From Rhynchopus sp. YZ270_cl-10 (taxonomy: Eukaryota), in NCBI GenBank assembly GCA_964035575.1, contig OZ037834.1:1-64000 (forward strand): 64,000 bases of DNA, read 5' to 3'. The position numbers and the translations under genes were made by a program. A model generated the notes under the pieces. The model worked only from the letters and a program-made list of their open reading frames with translations. It had not been told where the DNA came from and did not search any database. Positions 58,851 to 64,000 of the stretch are shown piece after piece. The number at the start of each line of letters is the position of its first letter. Positions within the stretch are counted from its first letter, which is position 1.

Positions 58851-61334
58851 CTAGAACACGACCCTCCTCGCCTGTAACGGTAGGTGGCTCAACGGCATCG
58901 TGTCGCTTCGTGTCACAGGAGCCCACCCGGCGTCTTCATCTTCACTTGCTTCACCCTCTTCGTCGCACGACATAGCGCAGCTTGCTTCGCCAGCATCGCC
59001 TCCTCTGTGCTCTTCTTCATCATGTGTTTCGAAGAGGCTTCGCCCTGCAGGCCTGGGTGCACCACAGCGGATGGTGGCGGATAACGTCGTTGCGGTGTTG
59101 TTGTGGCTGTCACCACCACCACCACCACCACCACGTGCATGTGCCATCGGTGCTGTGTCCACTTTGGCACTCCCATTTGCTTCGTACCGTGTCCCAAACC
59201 CGACCAACTCATTCTCAAGCACCGCAAGATACGCGGAAGCCCCCTTCTGGCAGTGCCGCACCTTCTCTTTTGAGACAACCTCACCACAAATCAGTTTGGA
59301 GAGCACAGCAAGCAGGCCTCTCGGCAGCGCACGCCCTTTAGAGGTCGTTATACCGGCCAGACGGTGAACGCATGTTGCCGCAAAGTGCTTCCACTGTCCG
59401 TCACTGCACTGCACCTCCGAGACAGCCTCGCGGAGGAACACATTCTGTGAGTGGTACGCATCGTCCATATCCAAATCCATGTCCACATCGTCCCCGCTCT
59501 CGCCAGAAACCACACTGCAAACACTGGAAGGGGTGCTGGCAGTGTCGTCATAGACTGCATGAGGTGAGGCACCGTCGTCACTACTGCCCTCCAGAGAGAA
59601 CGGTGTATGCATATGATGCGGACCAGGATCCGGTAGCAGCAACGTCTCTGCGCCCTTGAAAGGGAAGAGCTCCATCAGCTCCAGCACCGACACCGCGAGG
59701 AGGAAGAGGTCCTTCTTTTCTTCGAGGCGCTGTTGTTGTGGCTTTGCGCGCTTTGGGTGGGCCTCTGGGTAGCGGAGCGCGGTGTGGAAGAGACCGAGCT
59801 TGAGGTTGCTGTTGGTTTCGTGGGTGACGACGACACTGTCCAAGGACACTGCGGTGTGGACGAGGTTGTGCGCATGGAGGTTGTCCAGAAGCGCTGCTGT
59901 CGCCTCTGCGAAGCACAGCAGCTGCCGTTGCGAGACCTTCCCAAACTCCCTGCGCTTCAGGCTTGAGGTAGGATACATCAGTTCCATGAGAACGTAGAGG
60001 CGTTGGGTTTTGACACCAGTGGAGCGTTTGGTCTTCGTCTCCTTCCACGAATCGATGTAGCTCGCCGCGCCATAGGGCTGAGAGGCGACGACTGCGGCAA
60101 CACAGGCCTGCATATCACCAGCACTTTCCGCAGTGATCGCCTCCTTCATGACAACAAGCGCATAGTGCATGCCGTCCAGCTTGCGACGCACCTTATACAC
60201 ATCGCAGGTGGTATCGGTGTATAGTCTAGCCTCACGTCTCCGCCATCTCCGCTCGACACCCGATACAGGGTCGTGCTCTACCCCGACGTATACAAACTCG
60301 CTTTGTCTCCTCTTCTTGACACTCCGCTCTGTGCTAACGGTGTATTCAGTAGGTGGTGCCTCCATCCGCCCCTTCGCTGGTGACGCTGGTGGTAAAGTGG
60401 TCGTAGAGCGAGACTCCGAAACCGAAGGTGTCGCAGCAGGAAAATTCGCACGACGTGGTGTCAAAGTTTCATGTGTTTCGGGTGTTTGTGGGCAGGGTGG
60501 GGTATGTGGACGTGCAAGCATCGCTACGGTGTCAACACGTTGCAGGAGCATGGACCCATCTGGGGTGGCTGCAAAGCTTCCGTGAAGCACATCCGCATCA
60601 ATCGGGGTGAATAAATCCTGATCTGCCGACACCAAACGGGGCGCAAGGTGCGGCGAGGTTGTACACGGGCTTGCAAAGTGGATCTCCCCCCTCCCCACCC
60701 CTCCGCCCCTCGCCTGCGCAAGGACCTCCCTCCTCCTTGCATTCCCTGGAGAGCTGACTGCCCCTACACTTCTCTTCCTCATCATCCTCCGTGCACTACC
60801 CACCGGAGTCCCTCCTCTCCCAGGTGACACGCTACAGCATGGTGACCCCCTTAAAGCCGGTGAAGTACTTCTACTGCCGATCTGAAACCCAGAGGGGCTA
60901 AAAGGGTTTTGATGTGTTCTGGTGGTCGTCTCCTCTGGGTCCTCTTTGCGGTTCGCTGAGGAGTTTCGTGCGGGAGATGGAGGGTGTGGTGGGAAGTGCT
61001 GTTTGGAACGTCTCCCTGCAGTCGGGCTGGGGCATCCAGCGGAGGTGGTTACGCCTCCAAAAATATCGCGTGCAGTGGTGCTGCTTGCAAAGGTTTCATG
61101 CAATGTTCCAGAGAGGCCTCCGTCATAACGCAGCGGGTCTAATGGTTGGGTCCCAACCGAACACCCGACCCATTCTTTAGCAGGGCTGCCATGCCGTCCA
61201 CAGCTTGCCCCAAGAGAAGGGAGGGAACCAAAGCTCGTTGCATAAGGCATTTTGGTAGGACTATCAGGGCACACCCCACTCCGCCCCCAGTCCGCGATGC
61301 CAACGTTTTCGATGGGGGTGCTGGTGTCCATCAT
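58851..61334 (-). CDS. Wee1/Myt1-like protein kinase-fold protein, probable pseudokinase (827 aa)
   Basis: Long Ser/Pro-rich N-terminus, then VYKVRRKLDGMHYAL, YIDSWKE…LYVLMEL, LHAHNLVHTAVSLDSVVV, LKLGLFH, KKDLFLLAVSVLEL. Confidence 0.8.
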   Translation of the reverse strand: MMDTSTPIENVGIADWGRSGVCPDSPTKMPYATSFGSLPSLGASCGRHGSPAKEWVGCSVGTQPLDPLRYDGGLSGTLHETFASSTTARDIFGGVTTSAGCPSPTAGRRSKQHFPPHPPSPARNSSANRKEDPEETTTRTHQNPFSPSGFQIGSRSTSPALRGSPCCSVSPGRGGTPVGSARRMMRKRSVGAVSSPGNARRREVLAQARGGGVGRGEIHFASPCTTSPHLAPRLVSADQDLFTPIDADVLHGSFAATPDGSMLLQRVDTVAMLARPHTPPCPQTPETHETLTPRRANFPAATPSVSESRSTTTLPPASPAKGRMEAPPTEYTVSTERSVKKRRQSEFVYVGVEHDPVSGVERRWRRREARLYTDTTCDVYKVRRKLDGMHYALVVMKEAITAESAGDMQACVAAVVASQPYGAASYIDSWKETKTKRSTGVKTQRLYVLMELMYPTSSLKRREFGKVSQRQLLCFAEATAALLDNLHAHNLVHTAVSLDSVVVTHETNSNLKLGLFHTALRYPEAHPKRAKPQQQRLEEKKDLFLLAVSVLELMELFPFKGAETLLLPDPGPHHMHTPFSLEGSSDDGASPHAVYDDTASTPSSVCSVVSGESGDDVDMDLDMDDAYHSQNVFLREAVSEVQCSDGQWKHFAATCVHRLAGITTSKGRALPRGLLAVLSKLICGEVVSKEKVRHCQKGASAYLAVLENELVGFGTRYEANGSAKVDTAPMAHARGGGGGGGDSHNNTATTLSATIRCGAPRPAGRSLFETHDEEEHRGGDAGEASCAMSCDEEGEASEDEDAGWAPVTRSDTMPLSHLPLQARRVVF

Positions 61335-62035
61335 GGTGAAAAGGGGGGAGGGGAGAGGGGGTCCGAGGGGGGAAGAGAAAAGTTAGTGGAACCTCTCTTG
61401 TGTGTGGAATAGGGGGTGTGTTTGGAAAGAGGGAAAAAAAAAAACACCCCGACCTGGAGGGGGAGAGAGAGAGTGAGAGGGTGGGTTAGAGGGTGGTTTG
61501 ATAATTACTTCCAGGGGGTATAAGGTGGGGTCTGCTGGTTTTTGGAAGAAAAAAAAAAATATTAATTTAGGACAACGCAACGAGGCAGACAGCGCATTGA
61601 AAGTAGGCATTGTTGGTATCCTTCGTCAGAAAAGCTTTGGTGGCCGCCGTCTTCTTCTCATAAATATACCCAATGAAGGTTCGAGAGAGCCTAGTGCAGG
61701 AGAAGGGCTTTGGCGTGGAAAACCAAATACATACAGGGTGTGTTTGGTTGGTTGCTGATGTGTCTCAACGAATGGAGCTAAGCGTCTATTCGCAACGCTT
61801 CACAAAAAAAAACGAGATTGGACAACCGGATGGGTGAGGAAAGCTGCAGACACTGGCGGCATCCCTCGAGGGACGTTTAATTGCCGGATGGGATCCCAAG
61901 AGAGAAGACAACAGCCGTCAACGAGAAAACCGGCGCATTTCTGCACCTCGCAACCACCCACATTTGTTATGAACTTCCACTGTTCCACTGTTGGCGGCTC
62001 TCCGTTGCAATGTCGACGTGCAGACAATCACAATA

Positions 62036-62143
62036 CCACTTGATTTTTACCCCGCGTAAAGGCGTGAAAAGGCGCGTATAGGACCGAACAGGTCCGTCCG
62101 TACACGCCTTTACGCGCCTATACGCGGGGTAAAGATCAGGTGG
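62036..62143. mobile_element. MITE, CCACCTGATTTTTACCCC family, 5-bp TSD
   Basis: TIRs present; TSD CAATA on both sides. Confidence 0.88.
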
Positions 62144-63084
62144 CAATAGCTCTGCAAACATCTCGCTAACTGCGGACTGAGCACGAAGCTGGGAGGATTC
62201 CGTTCTCGTCACTAGTGGATAACGCTGGTCCTGGGCCAGCACGGCCGCACCGATGCAACCCTGACATCAGCGGACTATGTCGCTCATCTCTGGTGTACCC
62301 CAACGCTTGAAAACCGCTACGCGCCAATTAATTACCCTGCAAGGGGAGCGGAAGCTAGCACACTGCCCCCTTCGGGAGTTGCGAAGGGTGCATATGATAT
62401 GAACACGCCGTTGCTGTCCGGAAGAGGCTTTCAAAACAGTGGATATTGATCGATGCCCCCGTCGGCTGATGTGAATAAAAAAAAGTTGATTTGAAATACA
62501 AAGCCCTCTCGTGAACAGTGTACCTTTGGGCGCATTAAAATATGCAAAATATGGGCACAATATGGGCGCCTTTTTTGCCCATATCCGCCCATATGGGCAA
62601 AAAAGGCGCCCATATTGCGCCCATATCCTGTTTTTTGGGGTGCCCATATTAGCAGCTGCCCATGAGCGTTCCATCTATGATATAAGTTACTTCAACGTCG
62701 TATACACGGCTGTACTGGGGTGGACACCCAAACCATGCAGGCCTACATCTATTTCCGTGGTTTTACATCTGATATGTGTGCTACTCCCGCTTCCACTCAT
62801 CAGCCAGATGAACGGGGATCATTGCAAACACAGGGACACGAATCCTGTGTGGTTTAGGGTCCTGTTGGGTTGCGTTGGGACCCCAAAAAAAAAAATGGGG
62901 TTAAAATAAGGTTACAAGGGGACAGGTTGGGATATCTAGGGGGGGGAGGATGTGTCAGGGATGTCGTCTTGTTGTTGAGCCTTTTTGTGGCGTGGGGGGT
63001 TGTGGCATCTCTTTGTCGAAAGACAAGGATTCGCTATAGAAAGGTGTGGGGGGAGATGAAACAGCATACTGGCTGCTTGCCCTA

Positions 63085-63338
63085 GGCAATACCCGAAGGC
63101 GAATTCGTATTACCGTCTTCGTAAAAATGTTCGACCGTAATAAAGTTCGTCCTTTTCAGTATTTTTCTGGAAGTTCGTCCTTTTTTACGGGCGAACATTT
63201 TTACGAAGACGGTGACCCTTTCTTCTATATTCGCCTTATATTCGGTCGAATCCGATATCCGATATAGGGCGAATATGGTCCAGGAATTTTGGGAATCCGA
63301 ATATAGGGCGAATACGAATTCGCCTTTGGGATATTGCC
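63085..63338. mobile_element. GGCAATACC-family MITE at C-TA-G with a nested CCGT element (63113-63212)
   Basis: TIRs GGCAATACCCGAAGGCGAATTCGTATT / AATACGAATTCGCCTTTGGGATATTGCC. Confidence 0.8.
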
Positions 63339-63382
63339 TAGTTGAAGCATGCAGACAGAAGAGGATAACAAAGAAAGGTTTA

Positions 63383-63712
63383 CCGTATTCGTAAAAATGT
63401 TCGACCGTAAAAAAGGACGAACTTCCAGAAAAATACTGAAAAAGACGAACATTAGTACGGTCGAACATGTTTGCGGTATTTTTTTGTGATAGTGGTGTGG
63501 CCAGAATTCAAAAAAATGTACTTCTAATGTACCCCAAAAACCGGGTTTCGGGCCACACCACTATCACAAAAAAATTTCTACCACCAACTGTACTTATGTT
63601 CGACCGTAAAAAAGGACGAACTCCAGAAAAATCCGGAAAAGGACGAACTTTATTACGGTCGAACATATTTACGGTCGAATATTAGTACGGTCGAATATAT
63701 TTACGAATACGG
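63383..63712. mobile_element. Tc1/mariner(pogo/Tc2)-like MITE, TA TSD
   Basis: TA|CCGTATTCGTAAAAATGTTCGACCGT … ACGGTCGAATATATTTACGAATACGG|TA. Confidence 0.82.
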
Positions 63713-64000
63713 TATAAGATGATCCTAAGCCTCTTTGTGCTTAGTCACCTTCAACAAAAGAGGTTCAAGGTGCAAAACGCCTCACCGGGCACACCGGCGG
63801 ACGCAGGGTACTGAAAAAAAAAAGAAGTGAAATAAAGTGAATTTTGACACTGTGTAGATCAAGGCGAATGCTGCAGGCTAAATAAAAGCTAAATAAAGGA
63901 ACACATGAAGATGCGTTTTTGAAACAGGGTTACGACGTGCACAACCTCGCTGTGGAGACGAGGTAAAAGAAGAAGAACATGGTGTGTACTCAAATATGTC

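Noticed and set aside
61800..62485. Possible plus-strand LINE 3' remnant ending in AATAAAAAAAA
   Set aside because: No recognisable RT, endonuclease or zinc-knuckle motif; too degenerate to support.

Overview
Eukaryotic, repeat-rich 64-kb window. It is probably from a protist, and the gene style suggests a euglenozoan such as a diplonemid (inference). All credible protein genes lie on the minus strand: a secreted clan GH-D (GH36-like) glycoside hydrolase, a stand-alone LolD/MacB-type ABC ATPase, an ERGIC/thioredoxin PDI-C protein, a small 2-exon membrane protein, a 4-exon VPS9-domain Rab GEF, a ubiquitin-like+LRR protein, two tiny single-pass proteins and a Wee1/Myt1-like pseudokinase. A duplicated, decayed mucin-like (TAVP) gene is also present. 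The rest consists of octamer satellites (including a 4.6-kb perfect GGAGCTGT array) and a dense set of non-autonomous mobile elements with readable TIRs and TSDs of 2, 5, 6, 8 and 10 bp; no transposase or RT ORF is recognisable. Most notable are: (i) a tandem train of ~1.2-1.6-kb foldback elements inserted into one poly-C tract and sharing an asymmetric central spacer; (ii) a nested element pair with the same internal core but unrelated termini and TSD lengths; (iii) about 30 short stem-loop elements from several families, all co-oriented with the genes, three families sharing an ACGAGAG loop motif; (iv) five unrelated satellites that all have an 8-bp period; (v) a (CA)n-embedded mini-element and a tRNA-Gly-headed SINE.
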